A DNA stretch of 63,291 nucleotides, filler included, from Rhabdomonas costata (lineage: Eukaryota), in the NCBI GenBank assembly GCA_019059605.1. It is 55 parts of 55 records of this genome, joined end to end, with 100 filler letters (N's around TTAATTAATTAA, not from the genome) between each part and the next. Parts side by side here need not be neighbours in the genome. Positions count along the whole stretch, not along the records: positions 24,205 to 25,257 come from JAHMHO010031205.1; positions 25,358 to 26,410 come from JAHMHO010031206.1; positions 26,511 to 27,562 come from JAHMHO010031207.1; positions 27,663 to 28,715 come from JAHMHO010031208.1; positions 28,816 to 29,868 come from JAHMHO010031209.1; positions 29,969 to 31,021 come from JAHMHO010031210.1; positions 31,122 to 32,174 come from JAHMHO010031211.1; positions 32,275 to 33,324 come from JAHMHO010031212.1; 47 more parts are not named here. One strand, 5' to 3'. The notes beneath the pieces are model-generated. The model was not told the origin of the DNA. It saw only the letters and a program-made list of their open reading frames with translations, and did not search any database. Shown one piece after another: positions 24,827 through 36,540 of this stretch (within the stretch, counting starts at the first letter, position 1; the number at the start of each line of letters is the position of its first letter). Made by a program: the position numbers and the translations under genes.

Positions 24827-26919
24827 GTTGCGACTCACCGCAGATTCAGTCCACGTTTCCACACTCTTCTTGGGGGCCAAGTAACGTATTGCAGCGGATT
24901 TAAACTTTTTTCGTCACGAAATAAGGCAGGAATGGATACTCGTCTCAACCACAAACCGCAGTCAAAGAACAAATGTACAGTGAGCCGCTGAAGAAGAAAA
25001 CATGGAAACCAAAATGAAGCACTTGGTATTGCTGTGGCTCTATCCACAAGCTCTGAAGGTCGTCTCGTTGTAGCGACACAACCTTTAAATTGCTTTCTGC
25101 TTCTACTCCGTTTTTCTCCGTTTGGGGTTGGGATGAATGAGAATGAGCAGTGTTCTGCCGGCCTCTGTCGCTGGCGGTCTGCTTCGTACTTCCCAGGATA
25201 TCTATGAGCTCGAGATGCTGCAGGAGCTGCTGGGAAGTACGAAGCAGACCACCAACANNNNNNNNNNNNNNNNNNNNNNNNNNNNNNNNNNNNNNNNNNN
25301 NTTAATTAATTAANNNNNNNNNNNNNNNNNNNNNNNNNNNNNNNNNNNNNNNNNNNNGTGTTGGGTGTGTGTGGTTTTTGTGGTATTCTGATAACAACGA
25401 GCAGCCGCTCTGACTCGCCTGGTGTGACATGTCCTGTGTGTGCGGCGCCTTGTATGGTTTTTGCACCGATACAGACCTCCGCTCTGGGCTGGGAAGTGGA
25501 GTTGTGCTCTGGAAGTTCGGGAGGGGTAACGGTTGCTACTGGTATCCCTGACCGTTGGTAACTGCTGCCACTGGTCGCCGTTAGCGGTTGTGACAGTTTT
25601 TCCAAAGGGGGCATATTTAAAAAAGTCGTTACCGATCCCCGCCGCCCGCTCCGACCGCGTCGAGGACTGGCCTTCGCTCCTAAACTTATTCTGTCATATT
25701 CGTCCGCCCATATCCCAGCCATTGGGGCGTCCATGGCCAACAGCAGTTTTCAGCTGCGAAGCCAAGAAAACCACTCATCTAGGGAGCACTTTCAGAGGTT
25801 ACCTCACTCCCTTGAACAAAAACAAAGTCATATTGAGGGTGCTAGTATGTTTGACCCTTTTCAAGAAAGTTTAACAAAATTAACAGGGACTTCACAAGTT
25901 AAAGCGTCACCAGTGGTAAAAGGGGAAGCGACGTTGTGTACACGATGGTAGTATTCAATGCATGGAGGGGGGGGGGGTAGGCCCTGAAGTGGATTTTTCC
26001 TTCAAGTGGTTTACGTGAGGCTTGCCTTCCAAACCAGCTTCTGGCTTATGAACTAACTCGTTGCTGAGCTTGTTGGTGGATGAGTGGGGCAGCTTTTGGC
26101 GGAAGCAAGCGCCGTGGCGTGGGTGGAGCGACGCTGATCAGGCTAGAACCTTTAAACACTTTTTGTGATAATATGGTCCATTTGTATGTAGTCACTCCCC
26201 CATTTGGTTTGTCCTCCCCTACCAGTTACGTGAACCTGCCATCCCAGCGTCAAGAATGTCAAACTCCAATTGCTTGTGATCCCATCATCGCCACTCAGCT
26301 GTTCTGTTAAAGGTGGGGAATGTTTGTACTTTGGTGTGCAGGGGGGAAGGCTTTCATACGTGCTGGCATTTCCAAGGGCTTGTTTCCTGCACACCAAAGT
26401 ACAAACCCACNNNNNNNNNNNNNNNNNNNNNNNNNNNNNNNNNNNNNNNNNNNNTTAATTAATTAANNNNNNNNNNNNNNNNNNNNNNNNNNNNNNNNNN
26501 NNNNNNNNNNGGGGGGTGGGGGTCATGTTAAACACCGTTGAACACCAAAATGTTTTGTTTTCAAAAAATGGGTGTCTCGAAATAATTTGGACTTTTGGTG
26601 TCCGCCGGTAACCGTTAAACACCAAGTTTTTTGTTTTCAAAAGTTAGTTTCCAAGCTCAGGGGTTAGGTTACGTGTGCTTGTAACCATGATGTTATTTTT
26701 TCGAAAGGGGTTAGGTGTACTGTTCAACTGCCCCCATGGTGCCAATAGTTTAGGTTAGGTAGGTACGTTTTTTGACCCGTTTTGAATTCACCGTTTAACA
26801 CATACTACTGCCAGTTCTTTACTATATGTTATACGTGAACGAATGTAATTGTAGGTCAGCTTTTGGATAATATGGAAGCCTGCCCCATTGTTGTTTCCCT
26901 GTGTGGCCTCGTTTGAAAG

Positions 26920-27032
26920 GTCAAGCTGGACCTGGCGGGGGTCGCCCTAACCGCCGAGGCCCAGGCCAAGCTGCGCTCCCTCCAGCATGAGATTCGCACC
27001 ATGCAGAGGCTGCGGCACGAGCACATCGTGAG
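26920..27032 (+). CDS. Ser/Thr kinase (MAP3K/STE11-like), subdomain III-IV exon
   Basis: aaag|VKLDLAG...KLRSLQHEIRTMQRLRHEHIVR|GT contains the alphaC Glu and the L.H..IV motif. The ORF track missed it. Confidence 0.8.
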
Positions 27033-27757
27033 GTTCTACTGCCCCCCGCTTCCGGCATATTGCCGTCCTTTGCTTCGCCGACTTTAGGATTACTTGTCGT
27101 GTTATGTTTTTCCCGCTTAAGCCCCCATCCTTAAGTAGGGTTGGGGCGTACAACAGCCATGTTGAACTCGTGATTCAATGCTTGTGTTTTGTGGTGGATG
27201 TCTTGCGAGGGACCCTCCTGGAAAAATCCATCAACAGGGACCTCACCACCAAATGAAAACCATCAGACAAAATAGGAAAACACTTCGACGTCGACGTGTA
27301 CCGTTATGAGTTTGTCTGTGTTATAGCCCACACCTCTTCACACAAACACACACACACCGCCCGGGAGAGTAACAGCGGCCCATCAATGTGGGTGCCGCGA
27401 GCTCGGGGGTTCCCATCAGGGGAGTCGGTGTGAAAGCCGTGCGGGGTCAGCACGCCCCTGATGAGGGGTAGAGAAACAGTCCGACTCCCCGGAAACGGGG
27501 GACACCGCACAGCGAGCTAACGAGCAGATCCCGGCCCAGTGCCTCAACACACACACACAAACNNNNNNNNNNNNNNNNNNNNNNNNNNNNNNNNNNNNNN
27601 NNNNNNTTAATTAATTAANNNNNNNNNNNNNNNNNNNNNNNNNNNNNNNNNNNNNNNNNNNNGGAAAGGTTGTTCTGCAACGGGCACTTAGCTTTTGACA
27701 CAAATGACTCGGATGTGGTAAAGAGCCAGAAGATGGCAACGTACTTGTTGTTTACAG

Positions 27758-28516
27758 GTCGTACCTTCACGGATATCCACCGGGAGTTCGTGGACGATGT
27801 GACCATTCCCAGCCGCAAGGGCAAGGCGCCGCTGCGCCGCGTGGAGGAGGTTTTCGACTGCTGGTTCGAAAGGTGGCTGCTCCCCCCTCCCTTCTGCTCT
27901 GCCCCGCCGCGTGCGCGTGCGGCAGGTGGTGCGACGTGCAGACGTTTGTAACAGTTGGGTCAGGTACTCCGGGTTTGTGCCTGGACCTCGGCCTGAAGTG
28001 GTCCCCATGGGGTTCTCTTTATTCCTCGTCAAAGACTTCTTAATGGCACTAAGTGGCGCCAGATCTGAGGATAATCGCTGTTTTGACAGCCCCCTGAGTT
28101 CATTGAAGAGGGAAACGTGGAGTCCAAGAGATGGTGCCAGATGGTGAATTAACAGACATCCCCATGCACCACCATCTCGCCTACTCTGTTGACGGCTCGT
28201 CCGTCTCTTTTTTTCAGCTCTCACTTCTGCACCACTTCCCCCACCCCCCTGGATTTTCGGGTTCTTGCTACTCCCGCTGAGCAGACTCTGGACATTGTTG
28301 GTTTTGGTGCCCGTACTTCTTCACCTGAAGGCTGTGAAGACTTGTGTGCTGGAGGGGATTGGGCGGGGGTTCCTAGCGGCTCCATGCCGTACGCCCAGCT
28401 GCACTACCCCTTTGAGAACGTGGAGAAGTTTGAAAAGGGCTTCCCGGCGGACTTCATTGCGGAAGGTCTGGACCAGACCCGGGGCTGGTTCTACACTCTG
28501 CTGGTGCTGAGCACAG
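27758..28516 (+). CDS. IARS1: Cytosolic isoleucyl-tRNA synthetase; exons 27758-27872 and 28377-28516
   Basis: [14 protein letters not shown]...[28 protein letters not shown]...[20 protein letters not shown]. The intron splits the Ser codon AG|C. Confidence 0.96.
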
Positions 28517-28895
28517 GTGCTTGCGCTGCTGGGCCCCCTTCCTTCCACCGGAGGCCACACACTTCCACACCCGAATATTTTTGCTCCGGATTGCTATTGG
28601 GAGCGGTGTGTGGCTATGAGAGGTTTTTTCTACTGGTAGTTTGGCACACGCACAGGGATCCCATTTTTAACTGACTAAGGTAAGTTAAAAATGGGATCCC
28701 TGTGCGTGTGCCAAANNNNNNNNNNNNNNNNNNNNNNNNNNNNNNNNNNNNNNNNNNNNTTAATTAATTAANNNNNNNNNNNNNNNNNNNNNNNNNNNNN
28801 NNNNNNNNNNNNNNNGGGTGAAGAGAGATTTTCTGGCTGTGAATACTTCTGCCGCCTCCGGAGGCACCCATCCTTTTGATCTGATCCTCGCATAG

Positions 28896-29729
28896 GACGT
28901 CGTCAACGCAACCGTGGCCCTACCACTACAAGGTTTGTGACTCATCATGGGCATGTGGTGCTGCTGAGCTGGGAACGGAGAGTGGAAACAGAGAAAGGTG
29001 CACATTGGAAGCCCCACACCACTCCATTTTCAGACTCGGGGTGCTACTGCTTCTTGGTATCTGCTGCACCTATTTGTCCTCCGGTCGCGATGTGTCGCAG
29101 TCTTATCTTGGCCTTGTCCGGGCGGGGGTAAGACAGCATGACAGTTGTCATTACATTTGGTGTTTTCTGCCATTAGCCTGGCGTTCTCGTAATTGGGGGC
29201 CTTTCTTTTACAGTCCGGTAGAGCAGCCTTGAAGAAGCGGCCATCCCCCAGTCTGTCATGCACACTCTGGCCCAAACCCGAGAGGGGCCCCGCAGCCGGG
29301 TCGAGCTGTGTAGCTTGTGGCGGTGCTTTGGTGAAACTGCGTCTGGCATCCCTTCTTTGGTCTTAGTTAGATATGGGTGGTAGAATATTGGTGGGCACTG
29401 GGGCTGAGCGGCATCATTTCTCCCCTCCTCAAAGGGCACGACCTTCCACCACCTCCAGAACAACCGCTTCATTGTTGGGGGGGACATCTCTGGGGGCTAC
29501 CGCGCTCCCCCGGAGGAGCCCCAGGAGGATCTGCCCCCTTCAGGGCGGAGCCGCAAGAGAGGTAGAGGGGTCCGCCCCCCTGCGCCTCCCCTCGTGGAGG
29601 AGGCCTGCTCAAGCGCCGGGGGAGAGAGCGTATTTGGGGGGCTCTTTGCGGACGAGTCCCTCGAGGGCCGGCACAGCCGCCGAGGGCTGCTGAGCATGGT
29701 CCGGCAAACGGGGCAGCCTGACTCCAACG
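28896..29729 (+). CDS. Cyclophilin-like protein with a degenerate active site and a loop insertion; exons 28896-28932 and 29435-29729
   Basis: Spliced: PYHYK|GTTFHHLQNNRFIVGGDIS-[insert]-GGESVFGGLFADESLEGRHSRRGLLSMV..GQPDSNG. This follows the cyclophilin pattern HYKG..FHR...GGD...GG.S..G..F.DE...H...G.LSM. Confidence 0.8.
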
Positions 29730-30038
29730 GTCACCCCCCCTCTCCCGAATTATGCCGAACTCCCGCGCGATTCACATCCACCCCCAATCACGCGCATTTC
29801 ACACAAGCATGCCACCCGAATCCAGCATGTGAATGGAGTATAACCAACTAACTTGAGTAAAAAAAAAANNNNNNNNNNNNNNNNNNNNNNNNNNNNNNNN
29901 NNNNNNNNNNNNTTAATTAATTAANNNNNNNNNNNNNNNNNNNNNNNNNNNNNNNNNNNNNNNNNNNNGTTTTGTGGTGGATTTTTTTCCCATTTTTCCC
30001 TGGTGTGTGTTGGGCATTTGTTGCCATAATTTCTGCAG

Positions 30039-30606
30039 CTTCGAATGATTTATAAGACGGAGGGGTCAAGCAACTACCTCGAAAGATCTGGAAAGACTGC
30101 ACTTTTCCAACCTTGTGATGTTTTCCGAAACTGGCAAAGTTGCTCGCTTTGGAGCAAGTGTAATTTTGTACATGTTTCGAAGGACTTTAACTTCGACGCC
30201 AACGGGAACCCAACTTCGATCATTCTGTGTCCCTATGGAAAATCCTGTCAGCAGCGGCAATGCAACGCCGCTCATGAGATTTCTGAGCTGTCCAAATATC
30301 CGACCTCCTTGCTCTGGTGCCAGTTCGCTTGTGTTTCTTCTCTTGCAGGGTGTTTTGATCCGTGCGGCCCAAGTTTTTCGTTGTTCTTCTTTCAGGAAAG
30401 GCAGGAAAGGTGACAGCGTTACTGCGGACAGTTGTAGTTTCTCTCGTCGGTTAATCATTTCTGGGGATTTCGTCTATATTAGCGCCGCCATCGACGAGAT
30501 TCTGGGGGCAAACAAAATTCCAAGAATATGTGACCACTTTTTGACTCGAAGCTGCGTGAAGGACACCGATTGCACTTACTTGCATGTGAGTCCTGAGCAT
30601 TATCAG
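30039..30606 (+). CDS. Multi-CCCH zinc-finger protein; exons 30039-30316 and 30396-30606
   Basis: Contains C-x8-C-x5-C-x3-H (CDVFRNWQSCSLWSKCNFVH), CPYGKSCQQRQCNAAH and C-x7-C-x5-C-x3-H (CDHFLTRSCVKDTDCTYLH). A 79-nt GT-AG intron joins the two ORF frames. Confidence 0.75.
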
Positions 30607-32568
30607 GTGATTTTGCCTGGGGAAACAAAGAACTTGTTTTCTTCATTCTTGCTTTCTTCATGCAGCTCATTATTTTCCTTTTTTCCTTTAACCTTGCGCC
30701 AACTCTTATTTTTCAACGCAGTCTAGTGTGTGCTTTGCTCAATGCGCCCGCCCCCCATCGTAATGGTCTCTTCCCTTTTCCAGCACCCACGTCTAAGTTG
30801 TGCTTTTGTTATTGACAAAACTCAAATTGAAAAGCATCCTCTCCCTAGTGAAGAAAATGGCTGAAATTTTGTGGCACTCATTCCTCGAGGGCTCCTTGTG
30901 ATCCTAAGGAGAGCATAGTCCTTCCCCAGAAATTCCTTTTTGCAAAACCTTCCCTTGCTCGCTTGTTGTCTCCAGGAAACCCCCAAAAAATGTCAAATTC
31001 AAAAATCAGAAAATCAGTGCANNNNNNNNNNNNNNNNNNNNNNNNNNNNNNNNNNNNNNNNNNNNTTAATTAATTAANNNNNNNNNNNNNNNNNNNNNNN
31101 NNNNNNNNNNNNNNNNNNNNNGAGGTAGGGCGTAGGGTGTTGGTACCCATAGGTATGCTGCCGATGTACATTGTGGTAACCTGTGTGTGTCATCCCGTTC
31201 CCAACCTCAATGTCATGTGGTGGTAGTGGCATCGGCGTTCCTTTCGTTTCAGCACCACGTGTAGAAGGTGGGTTAGTCTGTGCGTGAGGTAATGTCATGC
31301 TGTTATCATCCGGTGGTGGTCATTGGCAGCGTTCCTCCTTCGTTGGTGGTTCTGCATCGAGTGCTATGCATTGGCTGTCTACCCCTCTGTGTCGTATTCT
31401 ACCGTTGAAGTCAGGTTGTTGGTGATCATCAGGTGGTCGTGGCGATGTTGGCAACCCAGCGAGGGCCCAACATCCTACCCTGTACTAAGGTAGAGGTGTC
31501 TGTGTAGTGGTGGTAGTGGTGGTGCGGAGCTGCATAGGTTAAGCGTCCTCCAGGTCGTAGACGGTGGTGATGACTTCTTTCGTCCCGAAACAAATCCCAT
31601 TCTCCTGTGACCTTGTAGTCCATGCCGTCTGGCTGCGCTGGAAAAGGCCCACCTGCCGTGCAAAGGTTGTCAATGTACCGTTAGGCATTTCCTTGTCTTG
31701 TAGGCGTGTTTTGTTTTAACTGGGTGACGAGACACTTTGGCGATTTCAGGCGCTGTTGGCAGACACGTTGACCCACAAATTCGCCGCGTCCCTGGCCTCC
31801 GTTGTTAGAGTAGTTGTTCGTGATGAGAGGAGCGGCACACAAAACGCTTTGACATCCTCATTTCCTTGGCTGCTTGTCCTTTTCATCGCGTTTATCCCCT
31901 GCAAAACGATGGTGTCGTGAGGTTCGAGCAGCGGTTGCCGCTGGGCGGGTTTGGTCTGGATCACTCTATAAATTGCGGTAGTTTTACAACACGTCATGCC
32001 CAGTGCGGACCACCCGCGGCCTAGTGTTGCATGCCTTGAAGGCCTTGTCGTCTGAGTGGTGCCTGCACGACCCCCATGCCATTGGGAGGGGATAAACGCG
32101 ATGAAAAGGACAAGCAGCCAAGGAAATGAGGATGTCAAAGCGTTTTGTGTGCCGCTCCTCTCATCACCAACCACNNNNNNNNNNNNNNNNNNNNNNNNNN
32201 NNNNNNNNNNNNNNNNNNTTAATTAATTAANNNNNNNNNNNNNNNNNNNNNNNNNNNNNNNNNNNNNNNNNNNNTTTGTTTTGATTCTCTGCGTGCCTTT
32301 GTGGGTGTTGTCTTTATCATGCAACCTATAGCGGTTGCAATAGGCAACAGTGAATGACCTCGCACCCTGCACCCTCCCCCCAGTTTTATACGACTATGGA
32401 TTATGCCACCCCAACATTGTCTTCTTTGCCGGGGGGGGGGGGACAGAGAGCTGAGACTGAGACTGAGAAACCGAGTGAGTATTCGTATTTAGTTCTATTT
32501 GATTGCAGATTTTGGCACGTGTTGCAAAATATTGAGTATGAATTTTGGTGGTGGTGTGGATGCCTTAG

Positions 32569-32774
32569 GTTTGACAACTCCGCGTTGCGCGATCTTCCCC
32601 TCGACCCCAACCCCGAGAATTACGTCCGCACGGTGCGCGACTCGGTGTTCAGCCGGGTGAAGCCCACCCCGCTGGAGAACCCGCAGCTCATTGCGGCCTC
32701 CTTGCCCGCTCTGGCCTTGCTGGACCTGGGCGAGGACCAGGCGCGGCGGCCGGAGTTTGTGCAATACATGGCAG
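32569..32774 (+). CDS. SELENOO: Protein adenylyltransferase SelO (selenoprotein O family), N-terminal exon
   Basis: FDNSALRDLPLD...VRTVRDSVFSRVKPTPLENPQLIAASLPALALLDL, with tag acceptor and G|GT donor. Confidence 0.88.
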
Positions 32775-33835
32775 GTGGGTTTGCCATGGGCCAGGGGTAG
32801 GTGGGCAGGTGGAGGGACGGGCTCACTTGTGTCAGCCCTTCCATCGCTTTTCCTAAGGGCATCTTTGTGTGTTCAGTATTCTTGAATGGAGGGAGACGGG
32901 TGCTTCTGTGCAGGCAATGCCGTTCTCCCGGGGGCTGAGCCCGCGGCGCACTGCTACTGCGGGCATCAGTTTGGGCTGTTTTCCGGCCAGCTTGGCGACG
33001 GGGCCACGATGTACCTTGGTGTGCGTGCGATCTTTTGATGCCTTCCTTTGGACGTTCGCAACACGGGTCAAGGTGACAAGTTATTAGGAGCCACACGACA
33101 TTTTCCAAGTTACCCTGTACACTTGCTTTCATTGGCATATATTTCTTTTTGCTTTGAAGCAGTTGCCTTCTCGAAACCTCCAGAAACGCCAAAAAATGCT
33201 CTCAGAAGCTTCAGTCTGCCATGCATTTCTGTCCGGAACGACAACTCGTGATCGGAAGAGCTGGGCATCAAGGAGGTGGATTCTGTCATCAAGCGTGGAA
33301 GACTTTGTTGTGTAAACAACCACANNNNNNNNNNNNNNNNNNNNNNNNNNNNNNNNNNNNNNNNNNNNTTAATTAATTAANNNNNNNNNNNNNNNNNNNN
33401 NNNNNNNNNNNNNNNNNNNNNNNNGTTGTGTTTGAAAAAATGGAATTTAACTGAATGGGACATGTGTTCCCCACCTTGCTTTGGTGTGCAGTTGTTTCCT
33501 GATTGGATGTCAAAAATTTTTATATGAAGCGGGTCATGATATGTTGAGGGACCAATTGTAATGGAATGCCACGCCTAAAATATCTGACGAGCTGAGAAAC
33601 CGGCCGAAATTCTCGTGATTTTCAGATGAGGCACTGTGGTGCGCTTTTTATTCGGAACCCCTTTATGATTCCGCCTTTCCCTGGGACTTCAGCGCTGCTT
33701 CAGCGCAAAGATGCTACCCGGGGGGGGGGGATCAGTGGAAGAATGGACAACTCCGCTTGGCCATCCAGCTGGTCATTTTTTTGGGCTGAGAACGGTCTCG
33801 TCGTTATTCATTCGGTTGTTGGTGCCCTTCTTCAG

Positions 33836-34477
33836 GAGTATCCGAAGGAGATTGTGTACGCCAACGGACTGAAGGAGTATTTCGTGCGTTGTGCAGCAGC
33901 AACTTCTGCGCCGCGAGTTACCGCTGGTTTGCTTTATTGGCCCATTCGAATAATCCTCTGTTAAAGGTTACGTCAGGGGGGTTGTCCGCTCACTCCTGTG
34001 GCATCCCAACCACTGTCTTCCGCTCGAGTCACTTTTCCTGGGAGGAAGGGTTGTATCCTCGAAGCCGATGAAGCATATATCGCCCCTCCCACACACCCTA
34101 TATCCCGGGCCAGCCTTTCTTTCCTGCACACCTTTGGTAAACGTGAACTCGAAGAACGATTTCTCGCGCACCCACGGGCACTCGAGGGCACCTCACCTCA
34201 ATGCCGGCTTCGCAGACATCCTTTGCCGTCAGCACGTGCAGCTGGTGCACAGTGTTCATGCCTTCCACAGCTCATCACAGCACTTTTACTCATCTTCCCC
34301 CGCCCCCACACCTGCACTTCCCACAGTGGCACGGGGGACGCGGGGCTCTCCGGGGAAGAACTGGGGGAGCCTCCGGCCCCCAGCGATAAGTGGTGTGGAG
34401 TGGCTCTCGCCGCCGCCGCCGCCGCCATCGCAACCGCAACAACCGCGGCCCTTCGGCGAGCTCTTCACAAACCACAA
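33836..34477 (+). CDS. Three putative exons of an unknown protein (33836-33883, 33967-34049, 34216-contig end)
   Basis: Phase-consistent AG/GT boundaries give EYPKEIVYANGLKEYF-VTSGGLSAHSCG...-HPLP... with a C-terminal Ala-rich hydrophobic stretch. Confidence 0.4.
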
Positions 34478-34678
34478 NNNNNNNNNNNNNNNNNNNNNNN
34501 NNNNNNNNNNNNNNNNNNNNNTTAATTAATTAANNNNNNNNNNNNNNNNNNNNNNNNNNNNNNNNNNNNNNNNNNNNGTTTTTGGGTCTTTGTTGTCCGG
34601 TTTGCCGCTGAGTTCTCATCTTCCGGTTCCGTTGGGGTCAACGCCCCGGCCACCACCCTCGCTGTGGTTCACCGCAAG

Positions 34679-34864
34679 GCCGGGGTTGGGGTGCGGTACG
34701 TGCTGTCTGGGGCCCCGCTGCACAAGGCGGCGTTCTATGCTGTTCCCTCCGCGGTGTGTCCGGAAGCATTTGTGAGGGTCAGCCTTGGCCCGCAGGAGAG
34801 CATGCAATGGTGCCTGGAGGTGCAGCTGGGCAGCGCCGGGGTGGGGGACCTGGCCGCGCAGTGA
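34679..34864 (+). CDS. Terminal exon, possibly galactose-mutarotase-like fold
   Basis: caag|AGVGVRYVLSGAPLHKAAFYAVPSAVCPEAFVRVSLGPQESMQWCLEVQL...TGA. The CPE.F....L.P.E...W pattern recalls aldose-1-epimerase-like C-termini. Confidence 0.4.
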   Translation, partial: AGVGVRYVLSGAPLHKAAFYAVPSAVCPEAFVRVSLGPQESMQWCLEVQLGSAGVGDLAAQ

Positions 34865-35159
34865 GGGACGGAGTAGGCAAACGGTCAGCCTCCGAAGAAG
34901 CCAGGGCTGCAAGGAAGACCAAATCTGTGACAATGGCACGTTGTTCGATGCGATGTGTCAACCTTTGTACCCTACGCTGTACAGACCAGCTCAAGTTTCG
35001 GTTTTCTGTAAGATGGAACCAACAAGGTGGCGGAACCGTTTCGGACAAGAGGAGAAGCCCCTGCTTTTCTGCAAGTTGAGTAGAAGGAGGGAGGATTCAG
35101 CAGCATCAACTCGGAGCCGATTATGACAAGGGATTCATGGATGTAAGGCTCAGATCGTA

Positions 35160-35630
35160 CCGGGTGTCCCAGTTAAAATGTAAAAATAATTTTTTGAATA
35201 AAATTAAGACAAAGCATGGTGGTTGGGATGTGATGTTGGATTTGTGTCGTGGGTGGTTCCCCATTTTATTGGTGAGGGTTACTGGGCTGCGTCTCCTTCT
35301 ATTTACAGATTTTGTCCTTTTTTCCAAAAGCAAACTTATAACCATTTTTCCCGATGCGTTGGACTGTGGAAGAGAGAGCTCATGCGGTGGAGGTCTATCA
35401 TCGCTGCGGCTCAGCAGAAGGAGCGTTACGAGCCCTAAGGAGACAATGGGGGCGGGAGCTGGTGCCGACCCGCCAGACGCTTGTAAGGTGGGTCAGGGCT
35501 TTCCAGCGCGTAGGGAGTGTGCCTGGGGCCCCACACCGTGTGAGGGCCAGGCGGACTGATCCAACAAATGGGAGCATGCAAAAAAAAAGCGACTTTCCAG
35601 CCGCAATTCAAACTCACGATTAGGACCCAA
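35160..35630 (+). mobile_element. Left end of a Tc1/mariner-superfamily transposon: TA + TIR-like start, and a DUF4817-type HTH N-terminus (ORF from 35354)
   Basis: TA|CCGGGTGTCCCA at 35158-35171 resembles mariner-type termini. MRWTVEERAHAVEVYHRCGS...RALRRQWG...PTRQTLVRWVRAFQRVGSV is the typical N-terminal HTH of these transposases. Confidence 0.75.
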
Positions 35631-35730
35631 NNNNNNNNNNNNNNNNNNNNNNNNNNNNNNNNNNNNNNNNNNNNTTAATTAATTAANNNNNNNNNNNNNN
35701 NNNNNNNNNNNNNNNNNNNNNNNNNNNNNN

Positions 35731-36540
35731 GGGTGGTGTGGGACGAGAAGACTGGCACGGTCGACAAGCGTGCGTCCGCTATTCAGGTGGTTGTGGGTCC
35801 TGTTGCCCGCGCTCTGAAGCCCATGTGTGAAGCCCATTTTCTTGCTGAAATCTCCTTTTTTCTACCAATCCGTAAGTCAAGTCAAACGAAACTGCACAGC
35901 ACGATGATGGTTGCACTGCGCGGGAAGGCGGTGGAAGTGGTTGGGCGGGCGGTAGGGCTGTGACACGTGTCAACAAAAACAACAATTGCTGGTGGTGAAA
36001 TGGAGAAACAGCAATTTCCCGGCAGCTCTTTGTTCAAGGCGACAGGTTCTTCTTACTGACATAAATCATTGACCCAAGATTGACCTTTTTGTGACGGTTT
36101 TTGTCACAGGCCCTCACCAACCACTACTATGACATCGTGACAGACTTCTACGAGTACGGCTGGGGCCAGAGCTTTCACTTTGCCCGTATGTTGGAGCGGA
36201 AGGAAGCAGGGTTGTCAAGATCCTGGCTGCCCTCTACCGATAGAACAGTGTTTGTAAAATTGTCCGAGCTGACCGTGGGCCCTTTTGCCATGAGTTGACA
36301 TTCGTTCAAAGGAAGAGATGACCTCGTCCAAACCAGACCAGACATCTCTTTCTTTCTTTTCGCCGAAGCTGGGAATGGATCGGCCCACGCACACACACAC
36401 GCCTCGGGCGCCCTCGTCCCACAGCTCGCCACAGGGGGGAGTCCTTCGACGCGTCCATTGCGCGTCACGAGTTCTTCCTGGCCCACAAGATGGAGATCAA
36501 GCCGGGGATGAAAGTTCTGGACGTTGGCTGCGGAGTCGGG
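35731..36540 (+). CDS. SMT1: Sterol 24-C-methyltransferase; exons ..35786, 36110-36185, 36425-36540
   Basis: [61 protein letters not shown] covers SMT region I and the SAM-binding motif. Confidence 0.96.

Noticed and set aside
27873-28376. Possible euglenid-type non-conventional (stem-forming) intron: C-rich 5' end and G-rich 3' end
   Set aside because: The boundaries are ordinary GT-AG and the end complementarity is only low-complexity. No non-GT-AG intron could be demonstrated in the window.
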